This document shows positions 13,465-27,300 of a stretch of DNA of 64,000 bases, one piece after another. A model generated the notes under the pieces. That model was not told the origin of the DNA. It did no database searches and saw nothing but the letters and a program-made list of their open reading frames with translations. The position numbers and the translations under genes are program-made. How positions within the stretch are numbered: the stretch's first letter is position 1; each line of letters starts with the position of its first letter. Origin of the DNA: the human T2T-CHM13v2.0 reference genome, Homo sapiens; the NCBI RefSeq assembly GCF_009914755.1, contig NC_060928.1; one strand, written 5' to 3'.

Positions 13465-13597
13465 GGCCAAGTGCAATGGTTCATGCCTGGAATCCCAGCA
13501 CTTTGAGGTGAGGGCAGACAGATTGCTTGAGCTCAGGAGCTCAAGACCAGCCTGAGCAACAGGCAAGACCTCATCTCTACTAAAAAACAAACAAACA
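13465..13597 (+). mobile_element. FLAM_C / Alu left monomer inserted in a MIR
   Basis: Monomer only; perfect TSD aaaaaactgagactca (13448-13463, 13598-13613). Confidence 0.9.
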
Positions 13598-13646
13598 AAA
13601 AACTGAGACTCAGAGTTCAAGGGACTCATTGCTCTACTATTATTCA

Positions 13647-13979
13647 CAGGGGGCCCCTAACCCCAGGCTGCAGACCCATATGGTCCATGGCCTGTTAGAA
13701 ACCAGGCCACACAGCGGGTGAGCAGTAGGTGAGCAAGCATTACCACCTGAGCTCTGCCTCCCATCAGATCAGCAGTGGTATTAGATTCTGATAGGAGCGT
13801 GAACCCTATAGGGAACTGCACATATGAGGGATCTAGGTTGTGAAGTCTCTGTGAGAATCTAACTAGTGCCTGATGATTTGAGGTGGAACAGTTTCCTTCC
13901 TCCCCTCCCCGCCCCCAGTCTATGGAAAAATTGTCTTCTACCAGGTGGTCCCTAGTGTCAAAAAGGTGGAGGACCGCTG
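13647..13979 (+). mobile_element. MER1B hAT-Charlie MITE
   Basis: cagggggcccctaacccc start, ttagattctgataggagcgtgaacccta core, aaaaggtggaggaccgctg end. Confidence 0.85.
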
Positions 13980-14483
13980 ATCTAGTAGGTAACAGAGCTG
14001 GCTTTAGAGCCCCCTCTTCAGACTCTAGATTCTATCCACTCCTACTCTGCTTCTTTGCCTTATTTTCTCTGAATAGCAAAGCTTTAAAGATGAAGGAAGG
14101 AAACAGAGGGTTTCTCTACCCTAGCTCTCCAACAGGGACTGTCAGAGGGAGCTGCATAGAAGCTTCCCTACCCTAAAGTTGAATACGTTTATAAATCATC
14201 ATTATCCTTATGAGTAACCTACCTGGTATAGTGTGAGGGTTCCTGGAAGAGGTCCTCCCCTCCCCCTGAAATTTCCTGGGTCCTGACAGGATGGTTGAAA
14301 TCTGAAACACTACTATTTAGAGGGTTTAAATGAACCCTATTTAGAGTTCATTCTTTTTGGGTCTCAACGTCATGGGATAGCAGAGCTTTGGAATCAAACA
14401 CAGCAGGATACCAAACCCCTTTTCACAACTTAGCCCTGTGGTCCTGGGCAAGTCTATCCTTTCTGCAGTTCTCATCTATTTAG

Positions 14484-14640
14484 AGGACATGACCTGATAC
14501 ATAATTTGCAGGAAGCTCTTGTTCAAAAGCTATTAAGAATTTCAAGATGGCGACAACAGAGTATTAAACCCTGGCTGGGACACTTCTAAGCACAGGCCCC
14601 GTGCAAGCGCTCCAGTCTCACACCCATGAAGTCAGCCCTG
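14484..14640 (+). mobile_element. MER45A-like hAT-Tip100 MITE
   Basis: ttgttcaaaagctattaagaatttcaagatggcgacaacagag ... cacccatgaagtcagccctg. Confidence 0.7.
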
Positions 14641-14716
14641 AGAGTGGAGGACTGTCTCATGGAGAAAGTGTAAGGAGAGTTCAGTGGTTAATAAAATGTT
14701 CATTTATTTCCTTTGG

Positions 14717-14880
14717 CCAATGGTTTTCCTGCCAGAAGACCCACATGGGTGCTCCCTGCAAATGCAACTTCCCAGTGCTTCCCTAGCCCATTCTCATTCC
14801 AGGATGGTGTCCAGAAATGTGCGTTTTACCAAAGATCCCCAGGAGATTCCGATAGAAATGGAAGCTACCCTTTGAGGAGC
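14717..14880 (+). mobile_element. MER5A-like fragment
   Basis: aaatgcaacttcccagtg ... gcgttttaccaaagatccccaggagattcc. Confidence 0.55.
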
Positions 14881-15489
14881 TTAGCTCCTTCAACTAGCAG
14901 GTAACTCGTTGAAGGAGTTGGTTTTTACAAACCCAAGTACTTGACACACACAGTGGCCCTGGAACTCTGGGTGTGCTGTGAGGAAATGGCTGCAGGTGCA
15001 TGAACTGAAAGAGCTGGTCACCAGGAGCTTTGACATTTGGGATCTCAAGATCGTCAAGTCTCCATGATGGCATGAAGGACCATCATCTAAAGGAAACTCG
15101 CCCTGAGACACAGCAACTCCAGCAGAGGCAGTGGCAGGTCTTCGGTACCACAGTTCTTTCTGCAGCTCGGGGGCTCACCTTGCAGCATTTCCTGAAGTCC
15201 CCAGGGTAGGCCTTGGTCTGCCTCCTTCCTCACTGCATTCCTCCTTGACATCCTTAGACAGCTTGCCTTGCCTCTTGAATTCTGTACCCTGGGGATCTGT
15301 GGTCCTATTCACCCCTCAACACCCTCAATGTGCCCCACAGGGAGGCTTGGATTTAAGAGGGTCTACATCTCTCTCCATTACTAAAGAAAACTGCACCTTC
15401 TTCCCTAATTCCAGATCTTAGCACACCTTGGAACTTACCAATGCTCATAGCCCCATTGTGATGAGCAACTTGCATCCGTCCCCTCATTT

Positions 15490-15780
15490 CACCCTCACCA
15501 CAACCCTCTGAAGGAGTGCGTGTATCCCCACTTTACAGATGAGAAAGCTGAGGATGATTTATGGCTATTTTGATAGGAAGTGGTGGACATGGGATTTAAA
15601 CGCAACAACCCTGTGAGGCAGATGAGGCCAACATTAGCAATCCTCGTTTTACAGCTGAGGAAACCGAGCTCCAGTGGGTTGGGCAATTGCCCAAGGTCAT
15701 AAATCCTGCAAGCAGAAGAGCTGAGATATGAACCCAAGTGGCTTGACCTTAGGCCTGAGGCTCTTTCCAGCCTGCCTCCT
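15490..15780 (-). mobile_element. Two tandem MIR fragments
   Basis: cccactttacagatgagaaagctgagg and gttttacagctgaggaaaccgag cores. Confidence 0.7.
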
Positions 15781-16056
15781 CGGAGCTTCTACCAATAAAC
15801 TTCCCTCTGTCCTGTTTGGCAGAAACCTAAAAGGCCTGGCTAGGTATTGAGGAAGAAGGAGCTGCATTCAGCTGTGAGGAGGAAAGGATGCTCATTACTT
15901 GTTGACCATCACGCGCTGAACTTCACAGCTCGCCTGGGAAGTTTGCAACAGCCTCTGACATAGGAACACCCAAGCAATGGGAGCTGAAGAGGTCAACCCC
16001 ACATGTGGTGGGTCATACCTGGCAGCTCTGCTTGAAGAAGAAGCTCAGAGATGGAC

Positions 16057-16410
16057 TGTATTAGTCTGTTCTTACGCTACTAATAAAGACATACCTGAGA
16101 CTGTAAAAGGTATGTCTATAAAGGAAAGAGGTCTAGTTGACTCACATATGGCTGGGGAGACCTCACAATCACAGTGGAAGGCAAATGAGGAGCAAAGTCA
16201 TGTCTTACGTGGCAGCAGACAAGAGAGCTTATGCAGAAGAACTCCCATTTTTAAAGCCATCAGATCCCGTGAGACTTATTCGCTACCACAAGGACAGTAT
16301 GGGGAAACCATCCCCATGATTCAATTGTCTCCACCTGGCCCACCCTTGACACATAGGGATTATTACAATTCAAGGTGAGATTTGGGTGGGGACACAATGA
16401 AACCATATCA
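16057..16410 (-). mobile_element. THE1B-like solo LTR
   Basis: tgtattagtc ... aaaccatatca termini; perfect TSD tggac (16052-16056, 16411-16415). Confidence 0.95.
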
Positions 16411-17959
16411 TGGACCCAGCTTCACAATCCAGGGAGCTGAAAGAATCCCTTCTCTCCCAGGTCACAAGATCTTGGCTCCCCAGCCCTCCTCTCCCATCTA
16501 TCCCCAGCTCCATGGGCACACCCCCAATGCTGAACCTCGGGTGCAGTCCAGTCCTGCCCCAGGAGCCCTTCCTTGTTGACTCCCTCATCCCAGCCTCCAC
16601 ATCTCCTGCCATGGCGTGGAAATTGGGTGGGCAATGCCTCCTTGAATGACCCAGAAGCAAGAGACTGCAGGGAAGTAACAGAGGGAGAGGGAGGAAGACT
16701 TTGGATGGAAACAGTCAGCTACCCCCATCCCTGCCCCCATGCCTCTCCTTGGATTGCCACTGGCAGCATCCTGGCAGTGGTCAGGCCTGACAACAATTTA
16801 GATTACTTACACAGAAAAGAAAAGTTATCATAACAGGCCCTTAGAAACATCATGATCATCATCATTATCATTGGGAACTTTTTTTTAAAACCAGGTATTT
16901 TGTGCCAGGCACTACTGTAAACACTTTCACATATGAATCTATTCACTGAGCACTTAGCATATCTAACTTCCTTATTTATCTTTTCCCCAATGGCACTGAG
17001 GGGCTGGGACTATTATTTGCCTGTCTCATAGATGAGAAAGGTCACACAGCCAATAAGTGGTAGATCTGAAACTGAAATCCAAGTACTGCTGATCCCAAAA
17101 CTTGCCTTTGTACCACGTAAACATCTTCAAGAGTCACTTGTAGAACTAGACAAAATTGCGGAAATAAACAAGCCTGTCTATTCAGCAGAAGCTTCACAAA
17201 TGGGGGACAAGACAAAAGTGGAAGAAGTGCCCCTGCCTTCTGGGATGCTCCACTAGGTTCCCAGGTGTAATTTCCCCACAGGAGCAGTGGGAGAGGCGGA
17301 TGGTGGTGAAGGGAATGCCTGTGGGCTGGGAGGGTCAGCAGCCAAGCTCAGCAGAGAAGGCACAGGCTTTGGAAGTCTCTCCTTCACAAGCCTCTGGGAT
17401 GTTTTCCCACCCCAGCTTTATGTTCTGCAGCTCACAGGATTTGGGGGAGATCTTGTCCCCCAAAGTTGTATGCGTGTGTCCTGACCCACCCTCTCATTGT
17501 AGAGTCTGCTGATCCCACTCCCTACCCTCTGGTAACCTTGGTTTCTGAACTGTCCGTGTGTAGGCCTTGAACTTCTTTCTTGGCTCTAAACAAATCCATC
17601 ATCAGGGATGCAGCAGATGACACTGCTTTGTGACCTCCCTGTGCCCTGCCAGCTGCTAGCTGCCCATCAGAGTACTATGGAGAGAAGCAGTGTGGGGTCA
17701 AGTCCAGGTCCTACCAAGTATGGCTGGGGGTGTGCTGCAGGCCACCGTACCTCTCCGAGCCTCTTCGCTTCATTTGTAAAACATGGAATATAATGCCTGG
17801 CTGCTGTAGTTGACACACAGGTTTTCCTGAGGATCTAACAGAGGAAAACAGAATGGCTTTGGAAAACATGTACCTCATTTCACTGTCAGGCACAGCTGTC
17901 ACCTGGATGCTCTCAACCTGGCCTATGGGTCATCAAATGATGAACTGCCTCCCTCCATC

Positions 17960-18500
17960 TGTCAAAATACCCTGATTTCCATTTGGGGGATTCAGCCCTC
18001 CCTAGTCTCAGGAATGCATATTGATTGGAATTGGCCCTGCCCCCCTTCAGGGACGGGCCCCAGTTAGCTTAACCTAATAAGGATAAACCCTCCTCCTGAC
18101 ACAGTGATTGACTTGGGGAAGAGCATGCAACTCAGTCTGAACCAATGAGGGAGTGTGATTTCTCAAACATATCTAGAAGCTACCAGAAGACATGATATCT
18201 TCCCTTAGACCATAGAAGGTCTGGCGCTGTCATAGCTATCTGCTGCTATAGCTATCTGCTGCTATAAGTTGAGACCCTGGAACTGCCAGGAGACCACTGT
18301 GTGAGGCCCCAGAATGAAGCCTACACTGTGGGAGGCAGACAGAGAAACATGGCCTTGGTGACCTCAGTTTGTTGCTGGAGCAAACCTTACCTGATATCAT
18401 CCCAACCTCCAGACATTTTGGCTCATGCAAATAAATACCTTCCACTGTTGAAGCCAGCCTGAGTTGGGTTTTGTTATTTACAGCAGGATGCCTGGTTACA
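17960..18500 (+). mobile_element. MLT1K-like LTR
   Basis: gcaaataaataccttccactgttgaagccagcctgagttgggttttgttatttacagc 3' end; boundaries approximate. Confidence 0.6.
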
Positions 18501-20494
18501 TCAATCTTCTGCTGCCCCTGCCTCTCCCTGTCCGATGCTGGGGCCTCTCTGGCACTAGAGAAAAAAAAAAAAGGCAGAGCAGGGATGAAAAGAGGAGAGG
18601 ATGCGAAAACCAAGCCCACATGTTTAACTTCTTGGTAGCTGCTCTGGAAAGAGGCTCAACAGAAGAGCCTCAGAGATGTTGGCGGAACTAAGTTCCAGGG
18701 TTACCTGGGGATGTCTATCCTTTCCCTTCTCCCACAGATAATCAAGAGTTGGCTGGGAGTGGTAATCCCCACCAAACACAGCCAGAGAAATGTCGCTGCT
18801 CTGGAGTCTGAGTCTTTCCAGAGAGCATGTTTAGAATGAGCCCCAAAGCTGAGGGCAGAGGCCGTCCCATGTTAGTGACCAATGTGGAGTACATGAACCA
18901 CTTCATAGACACTAGAGAGCAGCTTAGAAGCAGCCTCTTATCCATCTGTTCCTCATGCTCCAATCCTGCCCCAAAGAACAAGAAGGAATGAGGCCTGAGG
19001 GCCAATCTTGCTGACCTGGGAGACAGTATATGACTTCAGCTTGTCTTGGTAGCAGGACTGGAGAAGAGCAAGGCTTAGGGGTTCCATGAAGTGCTAGGCA
19101 AGAAGCTGGGGATAATTAGGACCACCTGAGATTGCTCTGCGCTCAAGAGGAAAGAGGGAGGTGGGCCAATGGAGTAACAGCCAACAATCCCGGACATCCA
19201 AAGGGCTGGGCCAGCTCAGGACAACCCAGGCAGCTGCCAGCACCTGAGGTTCCGAGAGGCGGGAGCCCATCACAGCAGCCAGAAGTTAGGGAGACAGCCC
19301 TGCCCAAGGCATAAGCTCACAGGCACACGGCCACAGACCCCAATCTCTGGTTCCAACACATTCCAGCCACTGCCCTCTAAGAACCTCTTGGAGACTCAGT
19401 TTCCTCATCTGGGCAGTGGAAGTAATAATTCCTCCTTTATAAGGTTTTCTTGAAGAATAAGTTCATGTTAAGTGCTTAGTGTAGTGCCCAGCCCATTGTT
19501 GAGCTCCTTCGTTATTTATTGGGTACTAAAAAAAAGCTGGGATTCTGCGAGGGACCAGTGGGTTGGGTACTGGGGCAGGGAAGGGGCCAGGAACAAAGTA
19601 GAAGCTCAAGGCTTCCCCTTTCTTTAATTCAACACTTAGCATCCACAGTGGCATGCGGGCTCCCAGCTGGAGATGCAGACAGAATGAGAGCCAGTCACAG
19701 CCTGCAGCTCAGTGAAGCTGCGTCCCCCCTGGGGCTGTGCTGAGGCCTCCCAGCAGGTGAGCCTTACCCAGGAGCACTCAGTGGGCCTCTGCTGGGTTCT
19801 GGGCAAGGCAGAGCCTGGAGAAATGAGGCAGAGACAGGCAGAGGCAAATGGAGCCTGGCATTGCACAGAGTGGGGCCACAGGGGCCTCTGTTTTCTGTTC
19901 CTCTCGGTGACATGGGTGGATCAGTAAGTCAGACTGAAAGCCAAAGAGATGAGCGTCTTTGCCTGTGCTCAGTGGTTAAGAATTTCCTTAATCAGAGGCT
20001 GTTGAATTTTCACTCATGTTTCTGTACTTAATTTTTAAGAATTAAAGAAATTTTTAAGAAGACTCTATATTCTACAAAGATGCTCCTGTGTCCCACAGAC
20101 CCACCTGGAGCCTCTGTTCTCTGGCTGTAGGTCATGAGAGGGGTGGGACAGAATGCTGAGAGCATACCCCTGATGATGGCTGCCTTAGAACCCAGCCCCA
20201 CTACACCCAAATTTAGGAGCTGTGTCATCTTGCATACGTTCTCCAACCTCTCTGGGCCTCCAGTTCCCATTTAAAAAATTAGAGATAGTGGTGACTTCAG
20301 TGAACTCATATGGATAAAAGCACTTGGAACAGTACTACGTAAATGTCACACAGCATTTGCTAATACTGTTACCACAGCCTTGATTGGCATCCCCTAGGCT
20401 GCTGCATGCTGGGAAGAGGACACAGGGGCCTCCTTAATTGCCCAGTGACAGCCCAGGCTGTGGCACAAACCACAAATGTACTGAAGGCTTCATG

Positions 20495-21020
20495 TCTCTA
20501 CTAGGATTCTTTTGGTTACAAGCAGCAGTAAACCTGCCCCAAACTGACATCAGCAAAAATAACATTTTATGAGCACACATAACTGAAGAGTACATGGCTT
20601 GGTTCAGATGCCCAAAGGATGAGGTCAGGATCTGGTGTCACTCTCCCCCAACTTGGCTCTCCTCCCTGCGTTGATTCTATTCTCAGACTGGATCTCCATT
20701 CGTGGTGACAAAATGGCTCCCGATGGGCAGGGGCTACATCCTTCCTCCCTGGCTCACAGTCAGTGACAAAAGAGCAAGACTACTGCCCTGGAAGCTCAAG
20801 CCAAAGCCGCCCCACCCCCCCACCCCCCAAATCACATTGCCTCTGATTGGCCTGACTTCATCCCAGGATGGTCACCAGCGTTTTGATTAATTAGGTCTGG
20901 GTCCAGCACCGCCCTAGTGTTTTGATTAGTTAGGTCTGGGCCAAGGACCGCTCCTGGAGGCAGAATTGGAGCCACAGGGAGAAGTGGATGCCCGAGCCCA
21001 ATCTGGGACACTGACCCTTC
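20495..21020 (-). mobile_element. MLT1K-like LTR with internal ~48-bp duplication
   Basis: taggattcttttggttacaagcagcag start, ctctgattggcc motif. Confidence 0.6.
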
Positions 21021-21023
21021 CAC

Positions 21024-21026
21024 AAA

Positions 21027-21065
<39 letters not shown>

Positions 21066-21066
21066 A
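21024..21066. repeat. (AAAT)n tetranucleotide microsatellite
   Basis: About 10-11 perfect units. Confidence 0.95.
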
Positions 21067-21194
21067 ATATTTGCAATATTTGAGAATGGCAGAGGAGAAT
21101 TCTAACATAGCAAGGAAAAGCTCTGCTTTCTTTTCCCTTAACATCTCTGAACAATTCATCTCCTCTTTCTGCTCCAAGAATGAGAGCCAGGCAG

Positions 21195-21420
21195 GTTGTT
21201 AAGATGGTTAAGAATCCACACTCTGGAATAAGACTGTCTGGGGTAGATCCTGGATTTGTGTGACCCAGGGCAACTCCCTTTACTATCTTGGGCCTCAGCC
21301 CCTTTGTCTATAAGACAAGGCCAATAATCCTACCTACTTTCTGGGCTGTGCTGAGAATTAAATGAAAGGATAAGTCCTCAGAGGGTGTGTCCAGCCCACA
21401 GTAAATAATCAGTTTGCTCT
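21195..21420 (+). mobile_element. MIR
   Basis: tggttaagaatccacactctggaa ... tgtgtgacccagggcaa ... gagaattaaatga. Confidence 0.7.
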
Positions 21421-21706
21421 TGCAGTTGTTATTCATGCGTGGATGTTCCTGCTCCAACTCTGGCCTCTCTAACCCAGCACTAGGCCTTGGGCTAAAAGCC
21501 TTCAGGAGAAAGAATGTAACGGCAGGCCAGGGACGAGCCCAGCACTCAGATACTTCCTACCCCACTCCTGCGGGTGGGAAGAAGCTCTAAGTGCAGGACC
21601 CAGGAAGGCCAGGCTGCAGCACAGGCCCCAGGGCAGGACCCAAGCCAGGCCCGGAACGCCCAGGAACACTTCCTACCCCCAAGTTAATAAGAAAACCACA
21701 GCATCT

Positions 21707-22045
21707 ATTTTTTTTAACTGACACATAATTGCACATATTTATGGGATACAGAGTGACATTTCAATCTATGCATACAACGTATGAGGATCAGATCAGGATA
21801 ATTAGCATTTCCATGCCCTCGAGCATTTGTCATTTCTTTGTGTTGGCAACATTCAAGTCTTCTTTTCTGGCTATTTGAAAATGTGCAACAAATTGCTGCT
21901 AACTATAGTTACCCTACAGAGCTATAGAATACTAGAGCTCATTTCTCCTGTCTAGCTGTAATTTTGCGTTCATTCACCAACCTCTCCTTATCCTCTCCTC
22001 CCCCTTTCCCTTCCCAGCCTCCAGTTCCTGCCATTCTACTCTACT
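21707..22045 (-). mobile_element. L1MA 3' UTR fragment
   Basis: ttttaactgacacataattgcacatatttatgggatacagagtg ... ctatagttacccta, typical L1MA4-8 3' end. Confidence 0.85.
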
Positions 22046-22094
22046 TCTAGCAGAATCTCTTCTTGCCTTCAGAGCCCCTTCCCCCAAAAGAAGC

Positions 22095-22300
22095 AATCAA
22101 AAACACCATCCAAATAAGGCAAAAAGCTGTGCCGGAATTTGCATGCAGAGTGTTTATATAGATTAGAACATCTTTGTTGACTCGCAGCTTAAACCTCTGA
22201 GGCTTTGCAGTTCATCAAAGTTTAATGTTCTGTTTCACGATGTTCCTTGCCGTGGTTAAGTGGCTCCGTCAGCTCTTAGAAGGGAAACTTCCCCCTTCAG
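22095..22300. promoter_or_regulatory. Candidate enhancer motif cluster (CArG, octamer, TCF/LEF)
   Basis: CCAAATAAGG 22110-22119, ATTTGCAT 22137-22144, CATCAAAG 22213-22220 in unique sequence. Confidence 0.35.
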
Positions 22301-22847
22301 GGTACATTTCCCCTGCCCTGAGCCCAGGAGCCCCACTGCTAAGGGCATCTGTTCTGTTTGCTTTTGAGAAGTACAGATGTGAGTAGTCACCAACTTGAAT
22401 CTTCTGTTCATCTGGCAGCTGGGCAGCTGGCTGATGTAACAGCTGCAGAACACGGAGTCTCCCAGAAGGGAGAAAAAGAGAAAAGAAAAAAGACACACAT
22501 AGCCCAGGATGATATGCCACCACTCAGAGGCCTCCAGGAATTGGATCTAAAGAATCTCACTCCACATCATTCCAGCCAGAGTGGAGGCCAGTGGGATGCA
22601 GTTGAGCTCAATCCACATTTGTTGGGCCTTCACTGGGCAGCTGGTGAGAGGAAGGTGGCGGCTTAACAGGATCATTAGGAAATGGTACACTCTAGTTGGG
22701 AGTAGAAGGCTCTTGGATGGGGAAGAGCTGGCTCTATCGTGAAGGAATCTAAATTGCAAAGTGTTCACAGGTATCACACATGCCTTATCAGAGGACATGA
22801 CCAAGGTCTTCATTTGTAGATGCTCAGATGTCACCTAAGTTAAGTGA

Positions 22848-23318
<471 letters not shown>

Positions 23319-23369
23319 TAATAATATGATTAAATAAGGAGAAGCCAGCATAGATGCATGTTAATCCAA

Positions 23370-23620
23370 ATTCAATCCCATCTGATTATCTCTCTGCTCC
23401 CTCAGTGGTCCAAGCCACCTTTGTCTCTCACCTGAGTTATGGCAGTCACTTCCTAACCAGTCCCCCTGTGCCATACACCTCATCCCTCTTTCAATTTATT
23501 CCCAACACAGCAGCCAAGGAAATCTTCTTAACAGGTAAGTTGTATCACGTCACTCCTGTGCTCAAAACCCTCATCTCGCAAAGCGTAAAAGCCAAAGTTC
23601 CTCCAATGAATGACTTCCAG
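23370..23620 (+). mobile_element. L2 fragment
   Basis: gtccaagccacctttgtctctcacctg ... cacagcagcca ... atcacgtcactcctgtgctcaaaaccct. Confidence 0.7.
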
Positions 23621-23840
23621 GGCCCTGTGTTACTTGTAGTGGAGCCATCTTGGAAGTGGTTCTTCCAGCTCCAGTGGAGCCACTGCAGCCAGCATCATGT
23701 GGAAAAGAGATGGGTTTTTCTTTGCTGAGCCTACAGAAATTACAGAATCATGAGTGACTAAAAGATTGTTATTTTTGTAAGCCACTAAGTTTGAGGTGGT
23801 TTGTTACACAGCAATAAATAACCATTAAGCTTTCACATTA

Positions 23841-24141
<301 letters not shown>

Positions 24142-24466
24142 CAGATTCACATTAAAAAATAGTTCATTGCTAAAAACAGTCAAAAGACATTATTGTAGAA
24201 AAATATCTAATGAAAAGATAAACTTTATATTATGTGTTAAATTTCAAAAGGCCACAAAACAGTGTATATAGAATAAAAATATTTTTTAGTGTACAAGATA
24301 TCTATAAAGTTTTCATGCAATTTGAATTTTTAATAAAATCACTTCTATAATAGGTATAAACAAGTTGCAAAATGCAACTCAAGATTTAAATAAATTGTCA
24401 ATGATTTATTTGTTTCAATTTTTTTTATAGAGGGGAAGAGAGCATAAGAGGGAGTAAGAAAATTCT

Positions 24467-24768
24467 TTTTTTTTTTTTTTTTTTTTTGAGACACAGTCTC
24501 ACTCTGTCGCCTGGGCTGGAGTGCAGTAGTGCAGTTTTGGCTCACTGCAACCTCTGCTCCTGAGTTCAAGCAATTCTCCTGCCTCAGCCCCCCGAGTAGC
24601 TGGGATTACAGGCATGCACCACCATGCCCAGCTAATTTTTGTATTTTTAGTAGAGATGGGTTTTCGCCTTGTTGGCCAGGCTGGTCTCAAACCCCTGACC
24701 TCAGGGGATCCACCCACCTCAGCCTCCCAAACTGCTAGGATTACAGATGTGAGTCACTGCACCCAGCC
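24467..24768 (-). mobile_element. AluS
   Basis: Full dimer with T-tail; TSD aaaattcttt. Confidence 0.95.
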
Positions 24769-25884
24769 TAAAAATTCTTTCATTTCTTTCTATCCTCCAA
24801 CCTTCTAAATTCCAGAAAGAGGATAGGTATGGCTGAAATGCAAAAAGAGAGTAAGTTCATTCCTAGGCTTAGCCACCCACACCCCAGTAGCTGATGACTT
24901 GGGAAATTTGGACCTCAAGATTTGTAATATGTTTTCTTTTGTTGTTGCCTTTGATCTAGTCCCACATGCAATGCAGTTCCATTGTATAGCCTGGGTGACA
25001 GACTGGGGAAGCCTGACTTTGATTCCGGAGCCAGTGAAATTGATTCCAGTCTCCCTTCCCTCCCTGTGATTTCTTCACTCTTTTATATGTGTCTTCACTC
25101 GAATTTATGTCACTGTGCCTTGCAGACAGAACAGGTCCAAGTCAAATCAACCATACTGGGTTTTCAGGCAACTGAAAATTTCAGATTCTTTTTAGTAAGT
25201 CTCCCTCAACCTGCCTTCTTCTTCTTCTTCTTTTTTTTTTTTTTGAGACAAAATGAAAATGTAGTAGTTTACATTTTTCTGAGTTTCATTTCATCTTCCT
25301 GGTTTCAACAGTTTTTCCAGCCTGTCAAGACCAATTGAACTTTAATTGGATCACCTGTCATACAAGCTGCTCGTCCCAGACTTAGGTCTTCTGGAAATTT
25401 TACAACTATGCCTTCGGTGTCTTTATTGAGAAAAATGTTGAACTTTTAAACTCTGTTGGAGTGGGTGGAGTCTTCTGCAGAATTTCATAGCCATTTAGTG
25501 TTTAAAAACCCCACAACCACCATCAGATTAAGATGGTGTCAGACAAACAGGTAGGAGTGATCTGAGCAGAGGCTGGGTGACTTTTAGATTAAGTGTCCAC
25601 AGCCCCACCCAAAGTAAACATGAAACTCCCCTGAGAATCCCTTCATGTCAGTTACTGTTCTACAAATGCACTAATCTTCGAGTCCAGTGCAAATATCTGT
25701 CCTATGTTTATTGTCCTAACATATCAATGTCCTCTTCTGTAATTGCCCACGTAAGCTCTTTAGAGGCAGGGACAATTTTTGTCATTTGGTTAAACAACAC
25801 AGGACTGGGGACTTCTAAAATGCTGGGTGGGAAGAACTGGGACCAGTCAGAATAATACGGAGGAGGTTTTGGTAAATGTCTTTT

Positions 25885-26830
25885 AACCATTGATAAATGG
25901 GGCAAATCAATGGAGAAAAGGACGATTATTTAATAAATGATGCTGGGATCTTCATTAGCTCTTTTGAGGAGAAAAACCTCTAGTTGGGCTCTAAACTTCT
26001 ACTATGAGTCAAAATAAATTTCAGAAGGATTAAAGAGACAAATGATACCAAAGAAAATCATCAAATAGACACATAGATCAATGGAACAGACTTGAGAGTC
26101 TAGAAATAAGTTCTTTTATTTTGGTCAATTTTTTGTTTGTTTGTTTGTTTTTTAGAGACAGGATCTCACTCTGCCACCCAGGATGAGTGCAATCGTATGA
26201 TCATAGGTCACTACAGCCTTGACCTTCTGGGCTCATGTAATCCTCCCACCTCAGCCTCCTCAGTAACTAGAACTGTAGGCACATGCAACCATGCCCGGCT
26301 ACTTTTTAAATTTAAAAACATTTTTTGTAGAGGTAGGGTTTTACCATGTTGCCCAGGATGGTCTCGAACTCCTGCCTTCAAGCAATCCTTCCACTTCGGC
26401 CTCCCAAAGTGCTGAGATTACAGGCATGAGCCAGTGCACCCAGCCTTGGTCAACTGATTTTCAACAAAAGTGCCAACATAATTTACTGGGGAAAAGAGAG
26501 GCTTTTTAACAAATGGTTCTGGGACAATCAGCTATCCCATGCAAAAAGATGAACTTAGACCCTTGACTCACACTATATACAAAATTTAACTCAAATCGGA
26601 TCATAGACTTACATGTAACAACTAAAACAAGAAAACATTTAGAAGTCAGTACAGGAGAAAATCTTCAAGACCTTGAGTTAAACAAAGATTTCATAGTTAT
26701 GACACCCCAAGTGTGACCTGTAAAAGAATACATTGATCAGTAGGACCTCCTCAAACATTTTTGTGCTTCACAAGACACCATTAAGAATATGGAAAGACAA
26801 GCACAAGACTGGGAGAAAATATTTGTAAAC
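25885..26830 (+). mobile_element. Old L1M ORF2 fragments, interrupted by an AluJ
   Basis: atagatcaatggaacagacttgagagtctagaaataa; acaaatggttctgggacaa; gacaagcacaagactgggagaaaatatttg. Confidence 0.8.
26129..26445 (-). mobile_element. AluJ
   Basis: Diverged dimer; TSD core ttggtcaa on both sides. Confidence 0.9.
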
Positions 26831-27300
26831 ACAACTCCTGCTCTCATGGGGTTTATCTTCTTTGAGGAGTATGAGGGGCCCATAATAAACATTAACACAT
26901 AAGAAAAATATCCAACAGTGATTCCTGCTCTGCAGAAAAGCAAACTACTGTGATATGTTGACCATGTTGGATTGTGTAGTCAGTCAGGAAAGAGATCTCT
27001 ACAGAGATTGCTCATTTAAATTGAGCAATCTGAGCTCTGAATGAAAAGCAAAACAAAATAAAACAAATCGAGCAATCAGGCACCTGAAGATCCAATGGGA
27101 GCACCCTCCAGGCAGAAGCAACAGCATGTGCAAAGGCCCTGAGTGTGGCACGAGCTTGGCATGTTTAAGGAAAGGAACAACGGCTCCGTCAAAGTAGGAA
27201 AGGAGGAGGGAGTTGCCCAATGAGGTGGCCACAGAAGGGAAGGCATGGTCCTGGAGGGCTTTCTGAGCCGAGGTGAGGAGGTTGTGTGCCCTCAAGCGTG
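26830..27300 (-). mobile_element. L2 fragment
   Basis: ccaggcagaagcaacagcatgtgcaaaggccctgag hallmark. Confidence 0.75.

Noticed and set aside
18232-18266. 16-bp tandem atagctatctgctgct x2
   Set aside because: Ordinary slippage duplication inside an old LTR.
25216-25250. (TTC)4-T15-gagac as an Alu tail
   Set aside because: Only 5 nt of Alu-like sequence and no TSD; could be chance.
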